A DNA stretch of 64,000 nt from Lingula anatina. Lineage: Eukaryota; Animalia; Brachiopoda. This document shows positions 27,101 to 39,606 of this stretch, piece after piece. Location: NCBI GenBank assembly GCA_051362555.1, contig CM120641.1:2046001-2110000 (forward strand). Reading direction: 5' to 3'. A model generated the notes under the pieces. That model ran no database searches. It saw only the letters and a list, made by a program, of their open reading frames with translations, and had not been told where the DNA came from. Every line of letters begins with the position of its first letter. The first letter of the stretch is position 1. Both the position numbers and the translations under genes were made by a program.

Positions 27101-28049
27101 AACCAGTAAATTAAAACTGTAGGAAATGAAAAAAGAGAACACAGACTGTCAAGTACAGTACTTTTCATAAGAGTTGACCATGATATCTAATCAATTTGCT
27201 CTAAGAAAGTCTTTTTATTATAATCAAATCTTGAAACCCCTATACTAGTACCTGAAAGTTCAGCTGTTTGGGGTATATCCTAAATTGTGCTTTTCCAGAG
27301 TCAGACTTTTTTCTTTTGGATTTCTTTTCCATTGACCTTTTTGGCCGGCTGGTCTCTGCACTTTGATTTGCAGGTGGTTTTGCTGTACTTCTGGGGGACT
27401 GCATTTCTAAATACAGGGGGGCCTCATCAGAGACTGTTGTGTTACCCATCTCAAAATACAAAGCGTCCTCATCTACATGCTGCTTGTCAACTTCAGTATG
27501 TGTTTTTCCTTCATCAGGAGTTAACCGTCCGCTGTGAACAGTCATGTCCATATAAGAAGAATCAGGCATGCTTTGAGGCGTATTTTCAGCCACATTTTCA
27601 TAGTTTTCACAATTCTGGGCATCTACTGTTTCAATGACTTTTGCCAACAAATTTTTCTTGACATCACATGGTGTTTCTCCAACCTCATACACTTTTGTCC
27701 AATGAGAAAAACTTGGAATTTTTTCTGCGTGACAGTCTTTAACGTCATCCTGATCTACACCTAAATACACTGCAATCCCCTTGTGTGGATTCTGAAACAA
27801 ACTTTCAAAATCATCCAGTGGGGTTTCCTCTAGGAACTGCAAAGTCTGTGGGGATAGTATGAACACCTGGGCCTTTGCTTGTGCAATGCTGCTGACTAGT
27901 TTGGGGTGCAGTGGAGGGGTCAGCTCGTCCAGCGAGGCACTGTAGATCTTAGACTTCATGTCAGCATCTATACCCTCCAACAGACTTTGTATGAAATCTA
28001 CCCATTGCTGTGCATCATAAGCATATATCAGCGCTATATCATACGCCAT
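15244..28049 (-). CDS. PIK3AP1: PIK3AP1/BCAP (BANK1/Dof family) adaptor: TIR, DBB, ankyrin, coiled coil, Pro-rich tail
   Basis: Exons: 28051-27252 (TIR-like, YDIALIYAYDAQQWVDFI), 27009-26877 and 26365-26099 (DBB), 24795-24596 (ELPTLIHFAAKFGLKELCNLLLSCPGA, matching BCAP ELPTLLHFAAKYGLKNL), about 23822-23740 (YMTM, YDDM), about 23528-23408, 22957-22852, about 22233-22028, about 21596-21444, about 21111-20915 (QLKDIQEEFKRGDLSMEDVTLLFEDW coiled coil), 20528-20379, 20249-20164, 17501-17377, 16114-15716, 15423-15244. Some central boundaries and a possible exon at about 16.5 kb are uncertain. Confidence 0.88.
16895..17360. repeat. About 200-bp block duplicated with about 260-bp period (intronic)
   Basis: gacagtgtgaatgtgtgtgttcagacaaggccta...cagatgaggcaccgtgt...aaagttaggtg at about 16905-17095 and about 17156-17359. 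Confidence 0.8.
17898..19329. repeat. 43-bp minisatellite, about 34 units
   Basis: Consensus gatactgggacaatgtgactcaatgacagccatcaagacaaca, with 41-bp and about 32-bp variants. A 6-unit block at about 18154 recurs at about 18621. Confidence 0.97.
19823..20100. mobile_element. Foldback/MITE-like element with about 118-bp inverted arms
   Basis: 19823-19940 is the near-perfect reverse complement of about 19984-20100; spacer about 43 bp. Confidence 0.85.
21281..21438. repeat. 17-bp minisatellite (gatgtgacagtgtgtta)n; reverse copies at about 41803-41870
   Basis: About 8 diverged copies beside an exon boundary; related copies at 728-771, 16897, 17132, 21100, 24561, 47995 and 54243. Confidence 0.8.
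24015..24344. mobile_element. Decayed MITE with about 45-bp TIRs
   Basis: Left end atggtaatggctcgatcatttcaaccaggaaaaattgtgccttttc versus reverse complement of right end atggaaatggtacgatcatttcatccaggaaaaattatccattttc. Confidence 0.7.
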
Positions 28050-29615
28050 ATCTGAAAAATGTAATATGTCTTAATTAGCTGAGATAGCAACTGGCATCAA
28101 TTTTAACTTCAAATCATCTACTTTATATCACAAAAGAATAAAATTCTTTAAAAATTCATCCATTTTCCTGGAAACTAAAAAGACTTCCCCTTCACCACTG
28201 CAGTTGAAAAGAGGAGACAGTATATTCTGTAAAAAATGTGTTTTTGATAGCAGAAAAGAAGCTGTGCACTGATCACACTTGCAAACTCCACAAAGAACTG
28301 AACTACCAAACAGATTTTCCTTTTTCCTCCTAATTGTTTTCCTTGAAACCCATCCATGCTGTAGTCCAAACAGAAACCTGAGAGCAGAACGAAGGATACT
28401 CCATTTCTGAAGAACTCTATCCTGCATCTGTGCGGCAGCCATAATACAAGTACACTTTAACTTCTGCTTACATTTTACCCAACTACGTGGCGTGCCATGA
28501 TGATAGGCAAACTGCACGCCAATAATTTGATGGCATGATTTGATTTGCCTCCTCTTACTCACACATAGCCACAAATTATTCTCATTGTAGACTAACAGCT
28601 GATAAGTGTTTACCCCATTTAGTTTAACCAGTGAATGGGAATATAGATATAATCAATTATCATACATGTAAGTTTTCAGCAAAACATCAAGACTTAATCA
28701 CCTCCTAGTTATCTGATTACTTCAAAGCCATTTTCAAATCAATATGGAAAAAAAATTTAAGCAAAGGGAACGTCACCAAGTGGCACCAATTATTGTGGGT
28801 AGATATCACCTACTAAAGTACAGTAACCACTTATACTGAACAAGAAATCCAACCAGAATCAATTTACGTAATTTTGATATTTGACATCAATGGCTTTTTT
28901 TACTAATAAATATTCATATTTTTCTACTGGCATCAGTGAATTTTAACGAATATTTTGGACATTTTTTTGAAAGTCTGTAAAATGAAATACTAGCATACTG
29001 TTGGAGAGAGTAATGCAAAGCATCACACAGCCATTAGTACATTACTTACAAGTGTAAACAAACTGGAGACTGCAGTCACACGCCTCCCAAAAGGAAGGCA
29101 TTAACAAATATTAAAACAGAATGCTAATGTTGATGTTCCCTACTACCTGAGTATCCATGCATATTATGTAGCGCCATACACCCATTAAGCATGGCATACA
29201 TTTTATTTCAGCGAAATGTCTGAAAAAGTCTATCAAATCTGACCTTTGACCTTCCCACTGTCAGACAGATAATAATTCCATTACTAACATCTAAATACAA
29301 GACCAATCTTCACGAATTTTATCTAGAGTTTACAAGTTATCATACCTTTCAGTTTTATTTGAGTCGTCAAATCATAATTTTTTTTTTATTCCCTGTCTGT
29401 TCTAAAACTGTTCTAAAACTGAGAGATACATGTATGTATATGCTACCTATCTCTCGCGTTTGTTTGAAGATGGTTTCAATGACAAAACGTACACGCTTTT
29501 CAAATGCGTACATTGACGCAACTATGCGCCAGGAAATCAGTTGCTGCTGCTGGTTAAGATTTGGTTGCCTGAGCGAAAAAAAAAAAAAAACGGCCCTGCA
29601 CCCCCCCCCCCAAAC

Positions 29616-30050
29616 CTAGTATATTTGATCGCAGACAACAATCAGCGGTCATCTTGGCCGATCTGCGGTCGTAGTGGCCTCCCCGCACGGAGGAGAGGCC
29701 GTGGTGCCGAGGCCGGCTTCTGCAGGGAAGGCTACGTATGTGTCGGAGACACCGACCCGCGAACGGCGAGATGAGGACGCATTCGCTCGTAAAGCTCCGC
29801 CCGACTTTAACGGTAAAGGCAACGAACCTGGTCGCGGAAGACACTTATCGCAGATGAAGGCTACCTGCACGTGCGCCATAGACACTGATCGGCTGTCGTC
29901 TCGGTTTCAGTGCACGGAAAGGAGCAACGGTAACACTAAGCTTCCATAGTAAAGGTTATCTGGCCGTGGCAGACGTTAATCGTCGGCCGTCTCTCCCTCC
30001 GTCCACTCCCATTCTGAGCGCCAGGATCGTTTTTGAAAAACGACACTAGT
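29616..30050. other. GC/CpG-rich structured island bounded by CTAGT direct repeats (unclassified element or ncRNA)
   Basis: Abrupt GC increase; CTAGT at 29616-29620 and 30046-30050; hairpins near both ends; a diverged copy of the right end follows at 30051-30088. Confidence 0.5.
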
Positions 30051-30756
30051 TTCTGGCTGCCAGAATTGCTTTTGAAAAATGACACTACTGATAACGATGC
30101 TGTTTTGCGGCCCTAGACAACAGTACTGCTCTATCTATGGGCTATACACAGTGATCGGGTGAAAGTACGTGTATACCTTTGGTCGCAATTACCGACACTC
30201 ACATATCATACATTATGGTAACTCTAAATAGATCAACGGGAGAAGATAACAGAAGGCCTAGCGACGAACAGACAACTTCCGGTCAAAATTGACAGAATTC
30301 CATGAAATTCGAACTTTCAGAAGTTCTGAGCACCTCCATTTCATGAATTTCGGCCAGAACGATCTTTTCCCAAATTTAATTATTTTCTACTGTTCGAAAT
30401 TCATGGCACATTACCTTAGCTTCTTATCCATTTTAAACCTCATTTTCTATTTCAACAACAGCTATTTTCAGAAAAGAATCTATTTGCCCTTACTTTCCCA
30501 TCTAAGTGGCACGTTTAATTACAAAAATAACATTCCATGTGCACCCCACCAGTATAAATCATGCTTCTGTAGTCAATTTCTCTTGTCGCTGTGGTCTACA
30601 AAATTATCCATAAAATCTGCATACTTTCTCATACACATAATTCTGCAGTACATTAAAATAACATACTCCTGTTGGAGGTTATGACTAACTGAGATCGGTG
30701 GCAAGATGTGTCCATCAAATCATGTTCAGTATGTTATCAGGAAGATATTGACTCAC

Positions 30757-30772
30757 CTGAAGTCATCAGCAT
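30757..30772 (-). CDS. Candidate short alternative first coding exon of the PIK3AP1-like gene (MLMTS)
   Basis: gccATG CTG ATG ACT TCA G|gtgagt. The phase-1 donor fits the phase-1 acceptor at 28051 (cag|AT ATG). Confidence 0.35.
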
Positions 30773-30894
30773 GGCAATATAATACCTGTCCTGGTGTTTA
30801 TACATTATAAATATATAGGCTGAGGTCAAAGTACAAAAAAATTATAATATAGTAGATTAACCAGCTTCTGCTGATACCAGTATGTGATAGAGTG

Positions 30895-31156
30895 CAGTGG
30901 CAGATTTAGGGGAGGTGTCAGGGGGGTCCTGAACCCCCTTCAATTTCTGAAAAAAATCACACCAAAGGCCCCCCTCTTCAAATTAGAATTTTGACTAGTT
31001 GAATCATAGTTCTAAACTGTACCAAATGGCACCAATGTGCCTCTAAAAAAACATTTTTTTTTTTGGCCCTTCAGCAGCCCCCGAGGCCCACACCAAAAGG
31101 GGGGGGGGGGGGGGTTTGGCCTCGCAATTGCAGACTCCCCACTGGATCTGCCCCTG
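30895..31156. mobile_element. MITE with CAG(T/G)GGCAGAT-type TIRs
   Basis: Starts cagtggcagatttag and ends ctggatctgcccctg (reverse complement caggggcagatccag); internal G/C-run hairpins. Confidence 0.7.
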
Positions 31157-31647
31157 TACATCAGTGGTGGTAAGAAATGCCTTCCAATACCTATATACAT
31201 TCACACACTATAAAAATGCATATGCATACTTATATACATAATACACATGTAAACAAAACACTACATAATTGAACACACATACACAAGCACTACAATGTAC
31301 ACAAAAAAAAAAAAAAAAAAAAAAAAATACTCGCCAACAAATACTTGCAAGACAAGTTGTGCTCAAAAACACAAATTAAAAGTTTTGTTTTAATCTGGGA
31401 CTTAAACACTTCACTTCAAATATTTGGATATTTATAGTAATAATTTGGCTTAATTAGTCTCTTAGGTGATCCTGTATTTACTACTGTCTTAAAAATCTTC
31501 TTTATGGTAAATTCCAATTTATAAATAGACCAAAAAAAAAAAAAAATACCCAGGAATGTGCATGTGACTTAAAGTTATAATTATTCTATGTCTGATAACT
31601 GAATTTATATTCCTGACTGGAAAATAAAATAAAGGAGATATGTGGTA

Positions 31648-31878
31648 TCAGGCATGTATACAGAGTAACACTCTTAAACATATTCCTGTCTGTACCTGGT
31701 GCTTAGTAAGATAAAAGATTTCCATCATTCAAAATATCATTTGTAAATAGTTACTGACAGATTCAGGCATGTACATAGTGACAGTCCTAAAATGTACCAG
31801 AGTCTGTACCTGGCGCTAGTTACAAAAAATATTTCCATCATTCAAAATGCCATTTATAAATAGTTACTGACAGATTCA
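31648..31878. repeat. About 115-bp tandem duplication x2
   Basis: tcaggcatgta...tgtacctgg...tttccatcattcaaaat...tagttactgacagattca occurs twice. Confidence 0.8.
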
Positions 31879-34369
31879 TTTCTATTCCCCATTGTAAGTA
31901 CTGGTACAAAAAGTGTAGTGTAGAGGGAAGACTTCCTGGTTGCTTCACCTTATCCCTTGAGGGGAAGAGAAGATATGATAGAGTTTAGATTTGAGAGACT
32001 AATTTACACAAAAAAAAAAAGGTTTTACATCATAATAAGTAGGTAAACCAAGAATAGAACTGTATAATGACTATATGCAAAACAGAATATAAGTTGAAAA
32101 GCATTGGAATTTATATCTTTCATGAGCTCCCCCTCCTCTCCCCAAAATTCATGACAAGACCACTTCCAATTCATGTTTATCAAGGGGACTTCCCTTGGTA
32201 AAGTTTAAAGTACTTTTTGAAGAATTATACTCTTTTAACATGCCTGTCCCTCTTTACCAAATCTGCATCCATTTTTTTCCCAATATAAAATTAAATACAT
32301 TAATATAATAATAATATCTGTGAAGTGTTAAGGCTTTAACATATAGTGAAGAGAGCATCAGTCAATATACATGTACATGCATGTAGTAGAAGTAAGGTCT
32401 GATTAAACTACTAGTAATATACTATAGACAACTGACAGTTAATGGTTTATGTGCTTATACTAAAGATATACTATTGGGGGTGGGCAGGGGGGTGAATCCA
32501 AGCCAAGAACTAGTGTTTCTGAAAATATGCATTTCCTTATTTGTACAGATCATGTTGCCAGTAACATGTACTTATAACATATATAATCTCGTTACTGTTT
32601 CCCTAAAAAAATTGATCAAATATTAATCAATCACAACATTAGGGATATGCCAAGCACTATACCTTTGTACAATTCTTTGATTGTCATATAATCCTCCTCT
32701 TCTGCCATTTCCACACACTCCTCTACTTAACAAGATAGAACTGAACCACGGCACAATGCCATTGAAATGAAGTAGTGAGAAAAATAATCCACAAACAATC
32801 CCATGATCCAGAAAAATTCATGAGTAAGCCAAGACCCGATTGTCTGTAGAAATCTATCCTACACCAACTTGAGTGTGTAGGCTTTCCACAGCTCTTAACA
32901 TAAGTCACTATACTTATGTACAAACCGTTTTAACACAGACGTCTCTGCTGTACAATGTACTACTGAATAGTAGTTACATGTTGAATCACATCACTGTAAA
33001 ATGGCATCTGTGTCACATACTCTAATATCTCAACTAGGAAGTTCTATGCACTGATTGATCTACACAATCCCCTGATAATTTCCACATGCAGTAAGATTAT
33101 CAAAGAAACACATGTCCTCCACATATTCCTATGTACGCATGTTTCAATGGTCAAACTTCAGCTCCCTCCATGTCATAATAATAATAATAATAATAATAAT
33201 AATATGAACACACTTCAGGATGGAACTTGTTACTGTCAACAATGATAGCTGCTTAACTACTGAGGGAAAACTTCCAAACTTCCTGGTTCGCGTTTTAACA
33301 AATTGGATCTAATACGATATTATCACAACAGAGGATTGTGCTGTCTTTTTTATTAGCTATCAGATCAATAATCCCGCATAGCTGTTTATCCAATGCTTCA
33401 ATATGACATTCCTCATTTATAACTAAATATTTCAAACAAATTTTCATCCAAATCAAATATGTCTTAAAAGATGCCAGACAACAAAATTATTAAATTTATT
33501 AAAAATTTTCATGAAGTCAAAATAAAAACGTGCTCTCAACAGATATTTCAGTATTCATAATTAATTTTTTACTGGGGTTGGAGATGTCACTGTTATTGAT
33601 AATTCCACTTGTAGTATTATGTAGCAACTTATTTTGGCCTTACAAAAGCTTGTCAAAAGCCTGCCAAGTACAAATGTAAAAATTTTGACAAAATTTTTGA
33701 TACTTAACTTCCTTGTCAACTTTTAAGAGCTCTTATGTGACTTCCATATTCACCATTTCCTGATAAACTTACTCAACAAATGGCAAATTTATGCCATATT
33801 TTTTTTTTACACAGTGTTAAGTGCAATAAGAGACAACAGCGCCAGGTACACATTAGAACCCGACTGATATAAGTAGCTTTTCACTGATAAATCTAAATGT
33901 ATCGATTTAAGTTCATAGAGATTGTATTTTGGATAATTAGTTTTATGTTCCTAAGGTACCAATTGGGAAAGACAAGTAGCTTTGCAAGATATTTAGACAT
34001 ATATAGAAATATGACTAATATCATACATTGTCAATCACAATTACAGTACAACTTCAACAAGGCAGGCATGTATATAATAAATCATAAAACACCTCTTAAC
34101 TAACAAAAAAAGGGCTGGGAACAATAATGCAGCTTTCATTTTTATATCAACAAAAATAAGATGACTACAGTAAAATATGTAATTGACAGATTATCCAGAA
34201 GTAATAAGCATAATGGCGTATACAATTTTTTGCAGTTTCAATCATATACTCAAGGTTTATATGTGTGTATTTAATTCAAAAATTTACTTAACTAAATTTC
34301 TTTTGTTACTTGTCCAAAACAAGAACTATTTTGCAGAATGCCTAGAAATATATTTTAAAAAGCCACGTT

Positions 34370-34404
<35 letters not shown>

Positions 34405-35047
34405 AAATGTGTGGATATGTGTGTTTGAACAGCAAAGAGCACTTTTAAAACTTTTTTATTTCTAAATTTCATAACAGGTAAATAAACAGATTTATCCTAA
34501 GCACTTTAACAACCACTTTATTGGAGTGGACACTTATCCGTAAACCCAGTTATGATGGTGGAGAAACAATAGAATTATACACCCTGAAGTGTGTCAAGTA
34601 CCTCTCTGTAAATTTTTTTATCAGTTGCTGGTTTGATGCCCTAGTAAATTGTTTTTGTACCACAAATTTGAATTCTAGATAACACCTCCATCTTTTTAGG
34701 TTAAAGTGATTCAACTCATTCGCCTGCAGATACGTTTCAAATGCAAGAAAACCGTTTTTTTTTTCCTTCTTCAAACTATTTGAAATGAGAAAATAGCCAC
34801 ATATATCTACCCCAGATGAAAAAAAACGAATATTCAAGATACTGCAGTGTACAGGTAATCTAGGCTAGATGTTGAACCCCAAACCAGTAGACACCTGTAT
34901 ATTTATTTCAGTAGGTATCTGATAAGAGTTAAAGTTGACACTGTGAAGGGGGTCTACCAGTATCCAAAGACTAATCTCTATAAGAGTTTTTTTTCTCAGA
35001 CATTTCTTTAAAATAAATACTTTTTGTAAACCATTTGCAGGCTATTT

Positions 35048-35090
<43 letters not shown>

Positions 35091-35141
35091 TCCTCATCTT
35101 CAACCAACATCTTTAATAAAATATCATAGGCTAATGCTTAT

Positions 35142-35702
35142 TGTCGGGACCGACATAAAGATCGTACGAAGTAATATGACGTAATGTGTTATAGTGCAAT
35201 AGCTTTTGAGTAATGCGGCGGTCTCTATGTATGACGCCGAAGTAAAGAAATCAATTATACAATTAAAGGTAATTATGTTTGACGTACATCTCATACTAGT
35301 GCAGCACTGGATCCATGTAAAGATAACAAAATGGTATTTAAAGTAAGTGATGAGAATTGGAGAGGGAGATAGACTGGGGACATGTAGAAGGAAGCAGCGG
35401 AGGAGGAGGTTGGAAGCGACGGAGTACGCAGCTGGCGGGTTAAGAGTTGGAGGCTTCACTTAGAATATCATGTAGTTACTTAGCGTCAACGAATAAATCG
35501 TTTAACTGGTCATTATGTGGACTTGGGTTTTCTTTGCGCGACTTACGTAAATCTGACACGAACCGGGGAATCTTTGGATTGCGTTATCCACTAAGTTAGA
35601 CGAAAACGTAATGTCCTATTTCGAGCCCACGCTTGAATTAAGCGTTCAAAATTATATAAGTTTAGGACATTCATCATAGGCATATGTAAAAGGTTCATTA
35701 CA
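35142..35702 (+). repeat. 5' LTR (561 bp)
   Basis: tgtcgggaccgac...ggttcattaca; AATAAA at 35492; followed by TATT and the PBS. Confidence 0.95.
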
Positions 35703-35706
35703 TATT

Positions 35707-35722
35707 TGGCGACCCTCGCCAG
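35707..35722 (+). other. Primer-binding site, probably tRNA-Arg
   Basis: TGGCGACCCTCGCCAG lies 4 nt after the LTR and resembles the complement of metazoan tRNA-Arg(ACG) 3' ends as I recall them (TGGCGAnCCTGCCAG). The tRNA identity is inferred. Confidence 0.7.
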
Positions 35723-38700
35723 TTTACGTTAAAATGCGCCCAAAGAAGATTCGATTCAAACACAAAATGGCCAGGAGGAAAGGTAAGTGTAGGAAAAAAG
35801 GTAAAACTTCGCACGACGAAGATCGGCTGGCCGGCAGTATCACCGGACCGGTTGAGGTAAGTATGAATTTTATTTATATTGTCAGAACTGATATTTAGTA
35901 AATTGCTAAATTCTGTGTAAATTTTGAGGTTAAGTATTCAGCGGCTTTTCGTTCGTTTCTTGCCGCGGTATCACGTTAGGGTTTATTAAGTTTTCATATT
36001 CGGTGAAAAATAGGAGAGATTTGATTATTTAACGTGAATTGTTTTATGATCGTCAGAGTGCAATTTTTGGTTTCAAAGTCTTGCTTATTTAAGGTAAATT
36101 TTCATGGTCGGTAGAGAGGGACTTTATGGCTTTTCTGTAGTTTATATAGTCGATCTTATACGGGAATCTCAAACATTTTCGATGTCGGGTCGCGTATTAA
36201 AAGTACGTGTTAGGTATATGGGCAGGTTACATAGTTTTCAAAAGAAACTAGAGATCGTTAGTGCACGGAAAACGTATTTGTCGGTAAGAAAATTTTCACA
36301 GGTGATACGTGATAGGAACAAGAAGGTTAATACATTTTCGGTATAGGAAGGAGATCGTCGATCTGCGTAAACGAGAACGACGAGTTTTGCGACGTTGGTG
36401 TATTTGTCGTGTTTTCGTGTTAATGATGTTGTAAGATAGCATGTGTTCGGGTTATTGTTGCTTTGTCGATCATATGGATATTTAGCGATAAGGGAGAATC
36501 CTGCGTTGTAGAATAGGTTCCTTTGCGTGTGGTATTTGTTTACGTTTATTGTTTTGGTAATAGCGTACGTATTCAAACTATATTATGTAAATAACGAAAG
36601 GTAACTTTAAGAGTGAAGAAATTATCAATCACAATTGCCGGTGAAGTCAAGCAAGTGCTGACAAAGGCAGAGGGCTAGATAACGAAATTCAGGTTTTCAA
36701 AATTTGCGCCGATCGAGATAAAGATCGGAGGTAACGAGTTAATGGACGGAGATAACGTCGGAATATGGTGATTTTAGGTAAAAACGAATTCGTGGCAGTA
36801 AATTATGCAACAAAGGGCACATTTGAATACACAGGTAACATCAAAGGTAGTGATGCGTCAGAGATATTGAAAAAGGCGGCGAAATAAATTGGACAAAACC
36901 GGTCGGGACAAGACACGTGCGTAGACAGACAAACGCAATAGGTGTACTTTAGGACTTTTTAATTATGGGACTAATTGGCGGTTGATTAAAGATCTTGAGG
37001 GCTAATGAAGAAAATAGATTCATATGGCGTGGTGAATGGAAACAGGCAAATTTATATTACCTCGATGAGGATGGGAACCCAGTATTTTATTTTTTTAAAG
37101 GTTACCCTACTCTAAGTTCTGAGTGGAAGTCTGGTTAGCTTCTAGGATTTTAGGGCTGCTTGTCAATTTAGGTCCGCAGATGGATAAATACAAGTAACAC
37201 CAGATATTTTATTATTTATTTAAGAAGGTATCTTACTCCTGGTATGGAGTGGATGGAAGGTCTGAAAGTTTCAAGCCGCAATCAGGACTGCTTGTCGAAA
37301 AATTTAGATCGTCAGATAGCGAGGGGGATAGGCTCCCCGAAGCTGTCTGTAACAGGCGGCAGTGGAGTCGCAAGGCTCCAGGGGCACATTAAAAATTATC
37401 TATAGTGCTGTGGGAGAGAGACAGAAGGCCCACTGTGTCTCAAATCCTGAATTAACAGGATACTGTGGTACCGTCTAGTCGGCTCAGTGTTAACGAGTTC
37501 ACTGAGTGGTACGGGGACGACAGTCCTCACCTAGCCATGCGTGGTTGATGCGTTTCCAACACGGTGGTGAACAGGCAAGGCTGGTGAAAACGGTCAAAGT
37601 TCCAATAACTCATGGCAGTGGGGCGGGATAAGACCGTCGGTTGCTCCCTGGGAGCCTGGTTAGCTCTACGGGATTGAGTGATCGCTATCGACTGGGTCAC
37701 CGGCCGGTTGGGTCGCAGAGGGCAGTAAGACTTACGAAAAGCAGCCGCGCTCAGCTCAATGTACAGTCAGGCCCTAGCAAACTGAAAACGAATGAGCTAG
37801 TAAGTGAGCTAGTGGGAAAGCTACGCGTCCTTGGTTGCTAGGTAGAAAGTCAGACCGGACATTTTATTTTAAGGACACCATGCTCCGGGTTGGAGTGGTG
37901 AAACTGGTATTTGAGACCAGGGATTTTATGTTGAGGCCTGCCCAAGGAAGGGTTAGGTAACAGAACGGGTGTTCTGTTGGAACTGGGTAGATTATATTTA
38001 TTTATTTTTTTTTTTTACTGTTATCTTGAGTAGCCAGCCATGATTGAATAGACAGGACAGGTGTTCAATGTCGAAATTCATATTAATTGTAAAATAAGTG
38101 GTGTTTTTCCTCATTTTGTTAGCACTGAAGTTAATTATTTTTAAAGAATAATTCTAAGGCGAGCTCGTTAAGGGATATTTTTCCTGGATAAAATGGTTAT
38201 ATCCAAAGTGAATTTATATTTTAATGCGATTTAAAAAAGAATATGGTACAATGACGTCAGAGATTGGAGAGCAGCTTAAATAGCTTCCATTATCTTGGGG
38301 ATTCTCAGCAAACTTTCTTTGGCCTGCTGGACGTGCCTATAGGAGGGGACTTGGGAGAAAAGGGTCCGTCTCCCGGGTCTTAACGGGATTCTTCTTGATT
38401 TTGTGAGATCTGTTGCCAGTTTTCTGTTCAGCATTAGTACGAATAAAGCGTAAGTAGCGCAGTTTCAGAATAATAAGAAAGAAAAAGGTTAACGAAGAAA
38501 GTTTATTTTTCTTTGTATCTCATTTTAGGTGGAGCTAAAATGGTCTGCGCATCGCCGTGACTGTGTCCTCGACTCTCAGGTGACTGGATTGTGACAACGC
38601 CTCCCGCCTGCCCTGTGTCCGTAGCTGAGTCTGAGTACATTGACCTGCATCAGTGAAAGCAAGCAACTCGACAGCTGAATGGTGGACACCGCCGTCGCCA

Positions 38701-39040
38701 CGATGTGCACTTCGCCCTGCCGTTAACGTGTTCGACGATAAAGACTTTTAATAATTTAATGTGTTAAAAGACTCTAAAATACTGTTATCTCCATGTGAAA
38801 AGACTTTGATTATAAGACGCTCAGCTGCCCGGTTTCCAGAGCTATTTTTCCCTAAATTGATAAAGAAAGATATAAGTTAAAGGGTTTTATCTCTGGTTTT
38901 CCCCCGGGCGTACACTTAAACGTAATTAAATGTGTAATTTTCGTATCTTTGTAAATATTGTAAATATTATTAGAGTGAAAGTCTCCAACATGAATAAAAA
39001 AAAAAAAGTTTTTTTTTTTCTGGAAAAAATGGAAGGAATA

Positions 39041-39601
39041 TGTCGGGACCGACATAAAGATCGTACGAAGTAATATGACGTAATGTGTTATAGTGCAATA
39101 GCTTTTGAGTAATGCGGCGGTCTCTATGTATGACGCCGAAGTAAAGAAATCAATTATACAATTAAAGGTAATTATGTTTGACGTACATCTCATACTAGTG
39201 CAGCACTGGATCCATGTAAAGATAACAAAATGGTATTTAAAGTAAGTGATGAGAATTGGAGAGGGAGATAGACTGGGGACATGTAGAAGGAAGCAGCGGA
39301 GGAGGAGGTTGGAAGCGACGGAGTACGCAGCTGGCGGGTTAAGAGTTGGAGGCTTCACTTAGAATATCATGTAGTTACTTAGCGTCAACGAATAAATCGT
39401 TTAACTGGTCATTATGTGGACTTGGGTTTTCTTTGCGCGACTTACGTAAATCTGACACGAACCGGGGAATCTTTGGATTGCGTTATCCACTAAGTTAGAC
39501 GAAAACGTAATGTCCTATTTCGAGCCCACGCTTGAATTAAGCGTTCAAAATTATATAAGTTTAGGACATTCATCATAGGCATATGTAAAAGGTTCATTAC
39601 A
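39041..39601 (+). repeat. Second LTR (561 bp), preceded by PPT
   Basis: Same sequence as LTR1 by eye; preceded by the purine tract plus AATA. Confidence 0.95.
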
Positions 39602-39606
39602 AAATA

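Noticed and set aside
28128-28574. 148-aa minus-strand ORF upstream of the TIR exon
   Set aside because: Non-ATG start, intronic position, stops before the acceptor at 28051, and no domain similarity.
29616-30050. 7SK, RNase P or telomerase RNA identity for the GC island; overlapping 77-96 aa ORFs
   Set aside because: Two GATC motifs and a T-run are present, but there is no 7SK-type 5' start, no RNase P CR-V and no telomeric template. The ORFs are expected by chance in GC-rich DNA.
36600-36890. Possible retroviral protease remnant (IEIKIGG / VILGKNEF)
   Set aside because: No D(T/S)G motif and several stops; the resemblance is too weak without an HMM search.
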